DNA of 64,000 bases, from assembly GCA_965178125.1 (NCBI GenBank), contig OZ237735.1:558001-622000 (forward strand), written 5' to 3'. Each line of letters begins with the position of its first letter. The first letter of the stretch is position 1. The notes below the pieces were generated by a model. It did no database searches. It was not told the DNA's origin and was given only the letters and a program-made list of their open reading frames with translations. A program made the position numbers and the translations under genes. Source of the DNA: Bilabrum cf. latius. Lineage: Eukaryota. Positions 13,530-27,100 of the stretch are shown here, one piece after another.

Positions 13530-15116
13530 ATGATTGCCGAATACCTTGCGTTGTTACTTTTAGCATTTAGTGTTGATGCTCTTGTTCCGGCAGCTAGCCG
13601 CATGCATTCCCCAAAAGCCTACATTCTGGCTGCAAGAGTTGATCTGGACTTTTCTGACGACCGCAACGGACTCTCTGCTGCTGGTTTGCGGTTCGGGATA
13701 GAATCCCAGTTTTGCATGTTAGCTGTAGATGGTGCTGCTGGTAGATTGCGAGCAGATTTTTATCGTGTCGAAGTCGACGGCAGCATCGGCAGCTTGCAAT
13801 GGCAGGCAGTTGCCAGCACCAAAGCCGGGGCTGTTCAGCGCCTGATGCGAACGCAGACGAAGCGCGGCGTAACAGCCCCTGTATCGTGCACATTGAGTCC
13901 AATGTCGCCGTGGGAGTCTGCCCTATTGAGAGCTGCAATGCTTTCAGGGAGATCTGACACGGAAGCAATCAAGATAGCCAGTGCTACTGCCGGCAGCCAC
14001 TGCTTTGGTGTTCAGGGCACCAGCACAACCGGTCGTGGGCGCGTAGTTGACACACTCGACGCGAACACTTCGGTTCTAGTAGAAGATTCGCACCCGAGCG
14101 GTAGCTGCGTGAGGCTGGGCACCTTGGCCCTGCGGCTTGTGCTTCCAACCGATCTAGATGCGGCAAAGCAGCGCGGAAGCGACAACCCTGGTTCGTTTTA
14201 TAGGTCATGGATGTACCCTCCATCGAACACTGGGCTTGATACAAGGCTTCGCGACCGCATGGAGCTGCCAGGTTCTTCGATGCCTGACTACCCCATCTTG
14301 GCCACTTGGCACTCCGTCGGAGCTGTGCCTCCAGCGATGCCCGTGACATCGGCGAACGGCACTGAAACCCGCATTGCTGCTAGCGAGCCGGACCGCCGAC
14401 TCCCTCATCCGGACCACGTGGACGGTTAGTACGCCGGGCCTTGTTTGCGGTGGCTGCACCAAACCGGTCCAGCGGCCTGGTCAAGATCACCTCCTTCTGC
14501 GGGGCAAGGAAGCAGCCAAGGGAATGAAGCTGCTGGTGTGCACCCAGCAGGAGACATTGCATCGAGTACGAGTGGCAGTGACAGTGCGGGGCAGCACGAG
14601 GCCGAGCCCGTGATGCTGCCCGTGTGGCCCGACTCGAGCACCCTGCCTAGCCCGGGCACGCCTCCAGCTTCAGGCGGTGAGGCGATTCGGCCTGATAACC
14701 GCACGGACCACTTGCAGCAACAGCAGTGCTTGGGGGCTGCCGTTGTGAGCCAGGACGGACGCACGAACGTGACAGTTTTAGACATGCAGGTGCTGCCTGA
14801 GGGTGCGTGGCAGGAGCTGCACGAGGGGTGGCATGTGGCGACTAAACCGACTCCAGGTGGCGGGGAGTGGCATGTGGCGACTAAACCGACTCCAGGTGAC
14901 GGGGATTCGAGCGGTGCAGTGAGCGGAGGCGCTGCCGGTGTCGACGGAGAAATCCCCATGGGGACTTACGACCCGTGCGAATCTGCTGAAGGTGCGGATG
15001 CCTGGCCCCACTGGCGCAAGAGGGTGTGCGCGGGGTTCGGCTGGAGGGAGCTTGTTCAACCGGGGGCATGGGACCTGGGCCGAAGCAACGGGGTGCACTG
15101 CGAGCCAGTGGGTTGA
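13530..15116 (+). CDS. Hypothetical protein with signal peptide
   Basis: MIAEYLALLLLAFSVDA N-terminus; two track ORFs joined through TAG 14427; TGA at 15114. 3' end may be spliced differently. Confidence 0.45.
14828..14898 (+). repeat. 39-bp in-frame tandem duplication (WHVATKPTPG x2)
   Basis: gtggcatgtggcgactaaaccgactccaggtg occurs at 14828 and 14867. Confidence 0.85.
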
Positions 15117-15342
15117 GTGTGGCTGTGATCGATGGATTTGTTGCATGAACGAATATAGCTTCGATATTACAGTGCACAGCGATTTTGTACGAGTGTACGA
15201 GTGTACGAATGAAGCTGCCAAGGTGCATTCCAGACAGTCGCCAGGTCTCGGAGGAGCGCATCGCCTACTACCACCAACTCCCTGCATCCACCCAGATGCA
15301 CCCAGATACGTGCCCAACGCAGGCAGACGGTCGCGATTGGAC

Positions 15343-16650
15343 TCACCACGCCGACCGCAGGCGGTCCGAGCCGCTCCCACCAGCGAGCCGGTCGCCCGCC
15401 GTGCCCTCCCCGACGACCTCGGACGCTCCGAACGCCTCGGCGGCGAGTTGCTCGGGAGCCAGGGGCTTGCCGTCATCTCCCAGCACGGTGCACGAGTCGA
15501 GGGCCCGGAGTGCTCTCCTGGGTATGCCTTGGGTCACCTTGCCCGACCCTCCCGCCTCCTCCCACTTGCCCTGCAGGGACACGATTGCCTGCACGATGCC
15601 CTCGTAGTGCTTGGCTTTCTCCAGGTACGGCCCGCGCGCCACCCGGCTCATCCGGCCGGGGGCGGCGTCGAGTCGCCTCACCTCGGACTCGAACTTGTCG
15701 CGCAGCCTGCCTGCATCGGTCACGGAGAACTCTCCGCCCGTCCGCGCGAGGAGCCTGTACTCGTCCAAAGAGAGGGTCAGAGAAGCGAGGGTCCGCTCCG
15801 CTGCAGCCTCCGCTGCCACCTGCCTCAGGTCGATGCCCTTGCCGTCCGAGCCCGGCTTGATGCCAGCGGCTGCCCTGAGGCTCTCGGGCGTGTCCTTTAG
15901 GCTAAAGGTGCTCCTGACCGAGGTCCGAGTCTTGGACCTGGGGTCGTGGACGCTGTTGGGCTGCGTCCAGTAGGCGGTCTCGCCCACTTTGGTGGCCAGG
16001 GGGCCGTGGAAGATACCGCTGTTGAGGCCCGGGCCGCGCGGCCGCTTCGTGCTAGAGTTCACCAAATCACTGCCGTCTTTCGAGTTCTCGATCTTCGAGG
16101 ACAGTCGACCAAGGTTCCGCTCGAACTTTGCGTCGGTCTAAGTCAAGATAGGATCGGGTTTATGCGTGCTAACGCTACCAGTGGTTGTCTGCGCGAGTAG
16201 TTCGGGTCGAAGATGTGATTCAGTGGATGCGCGACGCGACGTACTCTGGCGATTTGTCCATGCGACGATACTCACGTCAGTTGGCGGGGTATCTGTCACA
16301 TGGTGCATCCAAACGTGCCATTCAGCCGGCATAGATGTGGGCTCGATGTCGTAAAATGGCACCCAGCCATTGAACACTACCCACCGATGCTGGCCTGCGG
16401 TACAGCTTGCTCGCATGGGAAATCATAAAGCCAGTGTGTGCCCTATCTTGCTGTAAGAGAAGGAAATCTAAATAAAAGTACAGTCCTTACCGAAAGGGTA
16501 CTCTTCCCTGTTCTCATAGTACTTGTTGCCAATGCGGTCCACGCCTACCAGGGTGCCATGCTTCACAGAGCGCATCTGCCAGAAAATTCTTGCTGTCTCC
16601 TTCAAGCCATAGTCTCGCAAGGCCCTAGGAATATTCAAGTATGTTGACAT
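15343..16650 (-). CDS. NDUFA12: Complex I subunit NDUFA12 (B17.2) with long C-terminal extension; exons 16650-16491, 16394-16276, 16137-15343
   Basis: GTLVGVDRIGNKYYEN, GQHRWVVF, MPAEWHVWMHHVTDTPP; GT-AG introns keep frame. The TGA at 15343 overlaps a possible GTGAGT donor, so the 3' end is uncertain. Confidence 0.85.
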
Positions 16651-16786
16651 CGTTGAGCAAAGTGGTGCACGATGGCAATACAAGCTGTCGCCGAGACCGC
16701 ACCAAGACAGAAATATGATTTAATAGGAATGTTGCGTTCTGAATTGTCCAAACGAAGCGCTTGCCCCTTTAATTGCCAGTGTTGCC

Positions 16787-18067
16787 ATGGATAGTTGCAA
16801 TGGCACAAATCCAACAGGCCAACGGCTTCAAGAAGACGATCTGAGATCACTGATCGGAAGGTGGGGGTAGAGAGTATCATTTTACTTGAGCTTTCCGCTC
16901 TGCATTTTACGTTCTTGCGCTTTTCTGCATCTCTTTCGCTTTTCTGCAGGCCATTGGTGCCATTTTTTACATCGGATAGTGAAGTTAACTCATAGCTTTA
17001 GGTGGATTAGCGAACGTGAGTCAGGTTCCGTGGTGGCACCCTGCTGCGTATGAATGCTGCTCACCACCAAAGTGTTTTGTAGTCTTGCCCGGCCTCACAG
17101 TGATTCCAGAGACGCATACGACGATGTAGAAGTCAGTGTCAGGAAATTTAATTCAGATGGTTACTTTGAAGACCCTCAAACAGTCCGTAGAGGACAGGGA
17201 GCTCCGGTGCGTGCTACCGAAGCGTCTCCGGAGCAGCACCACCGCACACGATCACGGGCGTCTCCGTCGACCACGCCAAGCGCTGGCAAGTCTGTGAGTC
17301 TCGATACCCTTTTCGGCCTGGGAGGTTCAGACTCGCGAGGCACTGGCCCTTCGCAATCTGTTGGTGGGCCATAGTCGAGCTCGAAAGCTGCCAAGAAAGG
17401 CAAGAAGAAGAAAAAGGGAGGCGGTACTGGCGGCGAGTTGTCAAGCGGGAGCACATAGGACCGTGCGCAGGATGGAAAGCGCGGCAAAGGCAAGGGAAAA
17501 GGCAAGACCAAAGGCAAGGGCAAGGCCAAGCGAGGCGACCCTCACTCGACACCCCCAAAGACTGCTCGCACTAGGTCGGCTCAGGACAGGCAGTTCACTG
17601 GGTCGAAGGCATTTGCAGAGAGCGAGTGGTTTGCATCGTCACCGGACCCATCCGAGTTGCCCCCTCCCCAGTTCACTGGCCCCCACGTTCGATCAGTCTC
17701 GAGGATGCTCTCATCAGCAGCAGCAGCAGCCGGTGGACGTGGGCGAGGGGTGCCGGCAGGTGATGAGGTGCATGGCAGGAGGGCCACTGCAGGGACCGTT
17801 GGCTAGAAGACGAATGCTACTACTGCTGCTGCGGACGGAAGGGCGGGTGATGGGTCCGGGCCTGCGGCAGGGCAGGTGCAGCACCACCAAGTTGGCTCTA
17901 CGGAGGAAGACGAAGAGCAGGAGGACTTTGATGACGATCGTGATGGTGGCGGCAAACATGGGGAGATAGCGCACAGTGGCATGGCAAGGCAGTCGACTGG
18001 GGGCAGTGCGGACTCTGGTGTGGTTGTCATCCACGGCCTGCAAGAGGCTTAGCCGCTGTAGCTGTGA
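16787..18067 (+). CDS. Low-complexity protein with a PNRC/Edc1-like proline-rich motif (putative decapping activator)
   Basis: Frame 17054-18067 is open except for 5 TAGs; Lys/Gly-rich segment then FAESEWFASSPDPSELPPPQF; TGA at 18065. 5' exons tentative. Confidence 0.45.
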
Positions 18068-18199
18068 AACCGAGGACGCCAGCATCGATGAAGCTATGAG
18101 GCCAAGCGCTCCCAAGCGACTGTTCATCATTTTGAAACCACTTGGGTGGGTTTAATAGCAGACTTCAAAAATTTGGCGCTGCACTGCAATAATCACCAT

Positions 18200-21100
18200 T
18201 CAGCTGTCGCCTCCATCCCGATCTTCCTGCGCGACAGCGGCAGGGCAATCGCGAACATCGCTGGCGGCCGATGCGTTGGTCTCTGAAGCGTTGGCAAGCA
18301 GCGTCGACGCTCGCTGCCTCTCTCGCAGCTTTGGTCCTAGCGGTTCTAGCAACGACCGAGACCGGGGCTATGCAACGCGTTTCTTCTGTGACCTTTTCGA
18401 CTTTCGTACCTTATTTCCGACTTCTAGTCTTGGCTCCTCCGCATCGGATGGGGGGGCGTGCTCTGACTTGGACTCTGCGGCGCCCCTGGCTGACTCCAGC
18501 GACTGACCCCATGCCTACCGCCTAACGACTGGAGGGGGGATCTTGTGCCGGCCACCCCCCTTTGTGGCTGCTGGCCCGTCTGCGCGACGTGATGCTGCCT
18601 TTCTCGAGCGCCCATCGTCTGGCAGCCCTCGTCCCATCTGGCGAGCTCGGCTCGATCGCTGCGATCCTGCGCCATTCCTGATTTCGAGTGGTATTCTTGG
18701 TAGCACAGCAGTCGAATTGGACAGCCTAGAGCGCGGAACAGGCCCCGAAGCAGCGGTGCCTTGACCGCCATAGCGAGGCAGGACGGGCATGGACCCTCCC
18801 CGTGACTGGCTTGCGAGCGTCTTCCCAACGGGACCATCTCTTCGCCGCCCAAGAGGGAGCACAATACCCTGCGTGATTGCGGCAGACGATGCTGTTTGCT
18901 GCCCTGAGCTTGCCTCGCGGCGCGGTCGCGCATCGGAAGCGCCTTCAGCGGCTCGCTTGGCGGCTCGCTCAGCCTCCTCAGCGATTGCTCGCTCCACCGC
19001 TGTCGAGCTCAAAAGCGTGTGCAGTCGCTGTGGATCCCGCCGAGCTGCCGATGGTGTTCGAGTCTTTCTCCGTCGTGTGGAAGCGGCACTCTGCGGCCGG
19101 GCCCTTCTGCGTCCTGATCCTGGCCTTCTGCGAGTACTTGCATCGCCACGAGCCGTGGAGGGTCCCTGCCGCGATGTATCCAGACCCAAGCCACGATGAC
19201 TTCCGGGAGACCCAGTGACGTCCCTTTGCGACCTGATGGGCTCGAAGCTTTCCACGGCTGGTGGTAGCGCAGGGCTACTTGGCATGTTGCTTGTCGGATG
19301 CATGCCTCGGATGGGGCCTCGGTGAGACCCGCCAGCCGGGACGACAAAGTCTGTGCGCTATTGCTATCGCTAAGCTGCACGCCTCTGCTACTTCAACAAA
19401 TCGAGGTCCCGATAATCCACACCGCTGTCCTTGACCTGCGCAGGCAGAGCTACGCGTTTTGTCCCCCGGCCGTCGTGCCGGCCAGCCGGTTCCAAGTGCG
19501 CCGAGGCGAAGTTGAGCTCGTGCTCCCCCGCCATGATGGAACTGATGGCGGAGCCCCGACGAGGAGCTGAAAGTCGCTGCGCCCCACTCGATGATGCACC
19601 ATCCTCACGTGAAGTTGCAATCTCATGTTGGTGCTGCAAGCTGGATGGCACCACATCGATGTCATCAGCTGCAGCTCCGAACGGCTTCCTTGACACGGCT
19701 CTCGCCTCATCTCCGCTACCCACACCCGCGGAGATCGTTCGGTGCGGCAAGGGACTCAGCACACTCCTCTCGGGCTGCATTGGGGATGACTTGAGCTGAC
19801 GTGGTGGAGTAGAAGTAACCTGAGCAGCACCGGCTTGCGAATGCATGCTTGCTCTGCGCTATTTTGTCGCTTGCCTGCGCTTCCTCCTGCGGTCGCGCGC
19901 TCGCTTCACGTGCTGCATGTCCTGCCAGAGCTGCTCGCAGCTATACCTGTCGATGATGAACACCTTTGTGACTCGCTTGCGCCTCGAGTCCCAGCCGTCC
20001 ATCAACCCAGCCAGCGGAAAGCCCGGCTAGGAAAAAGCAGCAAACGTGGCATGACCCATTGCGACCCAGTCTGCCTCAGACACCTGCCCCTGTGCGTTGC
20101 GCTCGTAGGCTGCGATAAATGATCGAAGCTCATCCGACTGCAGCATCCACGTTGCGATGTACCGGCGCACCACGTCCCATGCTGCGAGGTGCTTCATGTT
20201 CAGCAGTCGCTTGTCATCAACGGAAAGGGCCCCCGGCCCCACATGGAACCCGAGGTCTGCCTACCGCTCGTCCTGGGGCGCAACCCGGCGCTCCCGCTCG
20301 TACAGCATCGCCTCTTGCACGAGCTTCGATCGTAGCTCAGCGGTATCTACCCAACCCGTGCCGTCGGGGTCCACCGACCGAAACACCTGCCGCAGCATCA
20401 ATGTTCTCCTCCGCATCCTTCGGTCCGAGTCGGGCACCGTGCCCTGAGGGGGTCGGTAGAGATGGTCTTCTGGGATCAGGCCGGCGTAGCGCCCGTTCAG
20501 TGCGAGCAGCGTGCCCTCGCTTGGGCCAGCTACATCGTGCCCGGCGTCGTCTTGTGCAGTACCGGTGAGCTTGAGCCCTTTCTTAAGGTCTGCTTTGGTG
20601 GCTATACGCTCGAGGCCTCTCATAATGGTCGCATGTGGCCTGGTATGCTCGTCATTGTGGTGCGCGTGCTTGCCCTTCTTCGGTGATTTGCCTTTCTTGG
20701 AGTCCGGCAGGCTGCCCAAATCAGGCAAGTCGCTCAGATTGATGACATTCCCGCGGGTACCGTTGCCAGCCTGTCGCTACGGAGATGTGGACTACTAGTG
20801 AGGACTGGCTCCTAGCGCACGAGCCATTGCAGCCGCATCCTTGGCTAGAGTGGAGGTGATACCCTCTTGCTCGGATAATCCCTCCATCTCTGTCCCATTG
20901 AGCTCGCCGTCCGAGTCTACGTCGGACCCGCCGGAGAGGTCGCTGATGACAGTTGCCACAGTCTCGAGGGAATTGCGTCGGCCCTTCCCTTTTCCCGTGC
21001 TTGTACCAACAGAGGACTGCTTTCCATCACTGCGCTTTCTTGCTCTCTTGACAAGTCTTGCAATCTTTGTCGCCCCGTGGAAGTGCAACGACCCCGTGCG

Positions 21101-24100
21101 TTGCAAAGCCTCAACGTCTAGACCCTTCTAGTCACGACGCAGTTGTCTAGCCCCGCTCGCACTGCTGGCTTTGCTCTATGCATCGCTGCCTGCTGCGACT
21201 AGCTCACGACTGGGTTTTGTGCCACGGAGAAGAGGCGATGTGAGCATCTGCTGCAGGCGATCTGTTGCCACTGCTGTCGCCACCGCTGCAAGGTCTCGCT
21301 TGTCTTGGTGACCCCTTTCACGCTGTGAGGCATGGAGTGCCCTCCCAACCAGCGACTTGAATCCCTCCACCGAAGCGCGGCGGCGCTTCTTTTTGGCAAG
21401 AAGATTCAGGACTTGGTGGTCTATAGCTTCCTCTGCAGGGTCTTTCTTGCCCCCTTGGTGCTCGTCCTCATCCTCGCCTGCGATCCGTTGCCCAAAGTAG
21501 CTCCTCGTGTTGATCCCAGTGAAGAGGTCTCGAGCATCGGCCAGCTTATCCTGTGCATCTTTCGGCGCCCTGGCTTCTGATTCAACGGGCATGGACAGGT
21601 GACTGGCATCCACTTTGACGAGAAGCTGCTGCCAAGTGAGGAGCTGCTGGCTGGATTCAAGCCGTGCTACCGCGCGCTCAGCTTCCTGCCGAAGCTCTGC
21701 AGCCCAAGCTTCATCTTTGTCAAGCGGAACTGGCGACTTAGAAGCTGCAGTGCTCACACTTGTGGCAGACGTGCTGGACGGCCGCCTCTGCTGGAATGGG
21801 ACCATTGTTGAGGCCCGCCCGCCCTCGCGCGAAGAAGACCCCTCTACGAATGCGAGATCGTCCTCCAGCGCCTGGTGCTCGGATAGCGCGGGTAGCAGCG
21901 AGGTGCGGGTGCCCTTGCCACGACGGAAGGTTCCGACTCGAGTGAGCACTCTTGAGCCGGCTTTGCGGCCAGGCAGGTTTGCTGTGCTGCCTGTCTTCGA
22001 GGTGGTTGACTGCCTGCCATGCCTGGAAACCGCCTTGTTAGCAGCATGAATGATGGATTTCTACAGGTCTGCCGATGGCGGCACCCAGGTTGTCTCCAGC
22101 ATTGCAGCTGCCAGCTTCCAAACAGTCTTTTCGCTCGGCGGGGCAAAGCGTTTGCGAATCGTTCCCTCGAGGACCATGCCCCGCAGCCACTTCCACCTCG
22201 TGGTAGCCCTGGACTGCCGTCCACTCCGTCGGCTGCTTCGTGTGCTGCTGGCACTCATGGGGCGAGATGAAAAACTATGGCCTGACGACCTGGACCGCGA
22301 TCGCAATCGTCTGGGGGGTGGACTCGGTCTGGTAGGTCTCTTGCGAGCTGGAGGAGGGGGGGGCACTTTGTCCCTTGAGCTGACCGCAGGTTCTTCAGTG
22401 GCATCGATAACGGCCTCTGCTGGCCTGGAGCCAGCTTCAGCACTAGTGGCACTCGAGCTGGAGCGGTGTGCCATAGATAGTGGGCTGGATGTCCGACCTG
22501 GAAGCACGAGCTTGCGCAGCTTGATGCTTGAGTCAGGTTCACTGCCAGCGGTATCAGGTGACCTGCTCCTCGTGCGCATTAGCCTAAGCACAGATGCAAG
22601 CCGCTTGCTTGCCTTCTAGAACTTCCCAGCGATAGGACTGTTGCGGGTGCCTGCTTGCTGCCTCGATGCGTGAATTGACAGCTTCGGCGATGGAGTCAGC
22701 GTACCAGCAGGCGACAATGCACCATCAACCTGTCGAAGGGACTTTGGGAGGTGCTTGAGCTTGGCTGGAGGGTTGCCACGACCACCGTCAGGCTCATCTA
22801 TGGCCTCACCTGCAAAAGATCGCGCAGGCGTGTCTTTTGATCCTGGTGCGCTTGACGAGGAAGCCGATGAGCTGTGATCATCACCATCATCATCATCATC
22901 ATCTTGGTGTCGCGCGCGGGTTCCAATCGCTTGTAACTGATTTGATCCTGTCAGTGAAAGCATACTCGCCCGCCCTTCTTCGTTGCCCGACATGGCAAAG
23001 CTACCGGCATCCGAGAGGGACTTGCTTCCGTCGTCTGTGCCCGCATCGTTCATCCTGGCTGCAAGCCCAAGCATTCCGATTTGATTCTTCATCATCCGTC
23101 GCTTCAGTTTGTCGCGCTTGCGGTTCTCCAATGAAGATCGCACGAATTCGTCTACCCACATCTCTTTGATCACGTGCACCACGTCCAGTTTCGGCACAAT
23201 GGCATCTCCGCCCACCGCGGCAACTGCCTGCTCCGCTGTGCCCTGGTCTTGCAGACGAGACTCCTCCAGCAATCGACGAATGTAGCTGCTGATGACACGG
23301 TAGCCCAGGGACTGCTTCTGACTTGAAGATTGCGATGGATACACCAGGGATCGAAGCACAGCGATAGCCTCCGGATCCTCGTTAGCCTCGCTGTAGTCAA
23401 AGTGAAGCCTGCTCGGTGGCGAGTGGAGAGCTGCACTTTCACTGATGATGGGTGCAACTAAACTATTCCTGCGTGTCTTGGATATTCGGCTGCTGCGACT
23501 TTGTCCGGAGACCCTGCTGAACTTGTCTGATTCGTCGTCACGCCCGGATCGCGCAACGGAAGCAGCAGCACCAGCCGTCAGTGAGACTAGATGACCGCGG
23601 TTCGACTCCAGACGTACAGAACCCGGTTTTCTCGAGACAGCAATAGATTGAAGGGGCAATTTCTGTTCAAGCTTGTGTCGCTCAGACAGATGTGGAGAAG
23701 CGTGAGACCGCAGCGCTCGCTGGGCCGCAAGGTCAAGAGCAGCGCTCAGCGACGATCGTCTTGAAGTGCCCGCTGCAGTGGTTCGTTGTTGCCTGGAGGG
23801 AGTAGCTGAGATCGACTTGTTCTCTACTGCGGTATCATCCAAGATGCCTGTGAACTCTACGTCCAACTTGGGTCTAGACGTCGGCGAGTGAGCGATCGAA
23901 GCGCGCCGCACCGGCTGCCCGGCAACAATGCCGCTATCCAACCCTGAGCGAAGACTGGCGCGAGCTGCATTGGCGCGCGCATCGCGTCGCTAACTGCCAG
24001 TGCTGCTTCCAGTTGGCATAGACAAATGGCCAGTGCTAGAATCCGAATCCTCTTGGACGGTGCTTCGAAGCCCAAGTGCCTGGCTGAGCACATCCACTGC

Positions 24101-27100
24101 CTTGGAGCCAGACCTTTGAGAATCGTCTTTTGTATCTGACCCTCTCATCAGAGAAGCATCTTCGTGAACTTCGGCTGCAGCTTCCTCCAGCACTCGCTCG
24201 GCGGCTTCCTCCTCGCTTGAGCCGCGCATTCCGCTGATCCACTCTGGCGGCAATGCCCTAGGCAGCACGTAGTCCTCACTGGGCCAGAACATGCCGTTGC
24301 CGCGCGTGTACACGTGCTTTGTCTCTCCGAAGGCTCGCTTTGCAACACTATCCCGTGTTATGCCGACACTAACTGCGAGACCAATGGATCCAAACCCCTT
24401 GATGTTCACTGGCACCACCCTGTCGTGCTTGCTGACGTGCAGGCCGCTGCCATCAGCGAGGAAGTCCGAAAGGTGAAGCCGCCCCCTACCCATCAGCTCT
24501 TCGTGAACAATCACCGGTACTTGAATCGGTTTGGGCGTAGGGGGCAGCTGTGATAGCCTCTTGCGAGTTTCAAGCATGGCAAATTTCCTGCTAGCCGCGG
24601 CCTTCTTCCCGGTCCGAAGCGGATCCGTTGCGAACCTCTTGCGCGGCGCTCTCGGTGGAAGACCTGGGACAATGTCGGAGTCGCTAGAGTCGGCGTCATT
24701 CTCTTTGGCGTTGAGCTGCACGTGTGACTGCTCCTGATGAAACTTGACCAGGCCGTGGCCGTCTCTTGCCAGCAATCCAACCGGATGCATGCTGTTGGCT
24801 GCCAGCACGACTCGCACGGAGCGCACGCGGACCAAAGTAAACGTGACTGACTGGGTTGCTAGCATGAGCATGAGGGCGTCTGGAATCGCCCCAATTGTGT
24901 GCATGCGGGCTTCGTGAAGCCTGCAAACACCCCGCGTGTACTTGACCCCGTCCCTAAGTGGAAGCACGAGCCGGAATTCGTGGTGTAGCAAGCGATACCG
25001 AAGCTCGTAATGATAGCCCTCAAAGGCTAAACCCTGAGATGCCACTGAATTCTGCTGGTTGCGACTAAACTCCGCCCATTCGTGCTGTGTTTCGACATCA
25101 TCCCCGAAGGGATCACCTGTTTCAGTGCCTCCGATAGAGCTACCCGCTTGAGCATCGGGGTCCATGCCGTGACCCACCAGAGGAGCATCCAGAGATTCGA
25201 TGTGTCGAAAACTGAGCAGTACACGGTATTGCATGCACTTCCAAGGCAGCTCAGCCGTGGGAAGCTTGACAAGAGCGTGCTCCGGCTGCTTTGCGACGTC
25301 CATCTTTGCCAGCATTGCGAGCCTGGTCTGCCACTTCTTTGGTTTCTTGAAGAACTGCAGAGTAGATCGAGCCACCTCCAGTTCCTCGATCATCTTTGCA
25401 TCAAGTCTTGCCATATCCCCGGTCTGTAGCGCGAACTTGACCATGCGCTGGGACTGCTGCCGGGACAGCCGTCGGCCTCTCGGTTCCACCACGGGAGGCA
25501 GCTGCTAGGATGCACCAGAGACAGAAACATCTTTCGCCGGGGCTGCCGAAGATGGGTTGAAGCCGGCAGGAGGCGCGACCGGTACTCGCATGACCTGCTT
25601 AGATTGAGACCGAGATAGCAGTGGGGCGGCGTATCCAGGCGATTTTCTAGTGACTGCAGCAGCCAGCTGCCGGGCTCGGACATGGGTCTGAAGCTCGCTG
25701 AACTGACCTGCCCACGCGTTGCTAGCCTAGCTACGGGCAACAGATGCCTCATCAACGTCAGATCGAGACGAATTTGACTCATCCGAGTCGCTCGTGGCCA
25801 CATCCACATCCCCCGTTATATCTACCATGCCGACATTGCCCAGTGGTGGAGCTCCTCCAGAAACATTGCCTTGAGCAGGCTACCCACTTTTGCGGAATGA
25901 TTTCGAACCTTTCCGAAGGGCGCCTTGATTCTTCTTGGAACCGCCGCTTGTTTCAGTAGGTAGCAAACTGCCTAGAGAGCTTCCTTCGCGCACTGCAAGC
26001 ATGCCTGCCAATGGACCCTCCTAGTCATCAGCGGCGTCAGCTGGGTCCACATCGTCCAACATCGTGAATCGAGCTGGCACCATCGGGCCAGACAAGCCAC
26101 TTTCGGTGCTAGTGTGGGCTTGCACGCTCGCCAAGCCCAGCTTGAGTTTCCCAGACCCCGAGGAGGTGCCCTGCGATTTCTCGACCTGGCGAAGGACCTG
26201 TGAGTCTGACTCCAGAGCAGCCACAGTTGCGTGATGGCCCTTGGACTGGGACGCTCCCGTGCTGTCTACTTCTGTCGGTGCACACATGACACTAGCGAGC
26301 TACTCCTGAGCTTCACTCAATCCTCGAAGCGCTTCAAATACCTCGTAGCAGAGGCGGCAGACTCGCCTTGGCTGGTACATGGCTGACCCCTGATTCTCAA
26401 CCTTACCAGATAGAGAGACCACGTGCCTGTAGAAAGACAGGTCTACGCCTAGCTGTACCAGGCGGTTGTACGTTTGCATCATCATTTGAAGCGTCAGAGA
26501 GTACCCATCTGCTTTCTGAGGTCCCAGTCGAATCAGCTCGTCCAGAGTCAGGCCTTTCCCAGCGATGCGCTTTTGGTGCTTGCCTACATGTGCCATTCCA
26601 ATGTCACCTCCATCCGCTGTGCGATCCACTCCGTCTGATACAGTGAGGGACGCAGACCGCGACAGAGGTGACGGCTAGTCGTTGCTATCTCTTGCGACAG
26701 CGCCAGTTGGTGTCATGTCAAGCTCGATCGAACGCCTCGCGCTTGCCTCTGCTCTACCCGTCTGCAGCCTGTACTCTTCGTCGTCGCGACTGTAGTTGAT
26801 CTAGTGCTCGTCTGGGCGGGAGGCCATCTTGCCGATAGCATCTGCTGCGCGAGGCATGAATGACTTGCCGACCATCTGTCGACGTGCCTGTGCGTGCAGT
26901 TGCGATGGGGAAGCCAAGTGAGGTGACACTGCCATCGAACCTGCCAACGGAGAGCGCCTGTTGCTGGAGTCGGTCGAACGACGCGTCGGTGGTGCGCTCT
27001 CTAACTCGCCTGGGTCTCGCGCCGTAAACACCTGCAAGTTAGCTCTGGTTCGGATACCCGGCCGGCTGAATCGGTCGGCAGCTGATGCGCTCCGGCCTCG

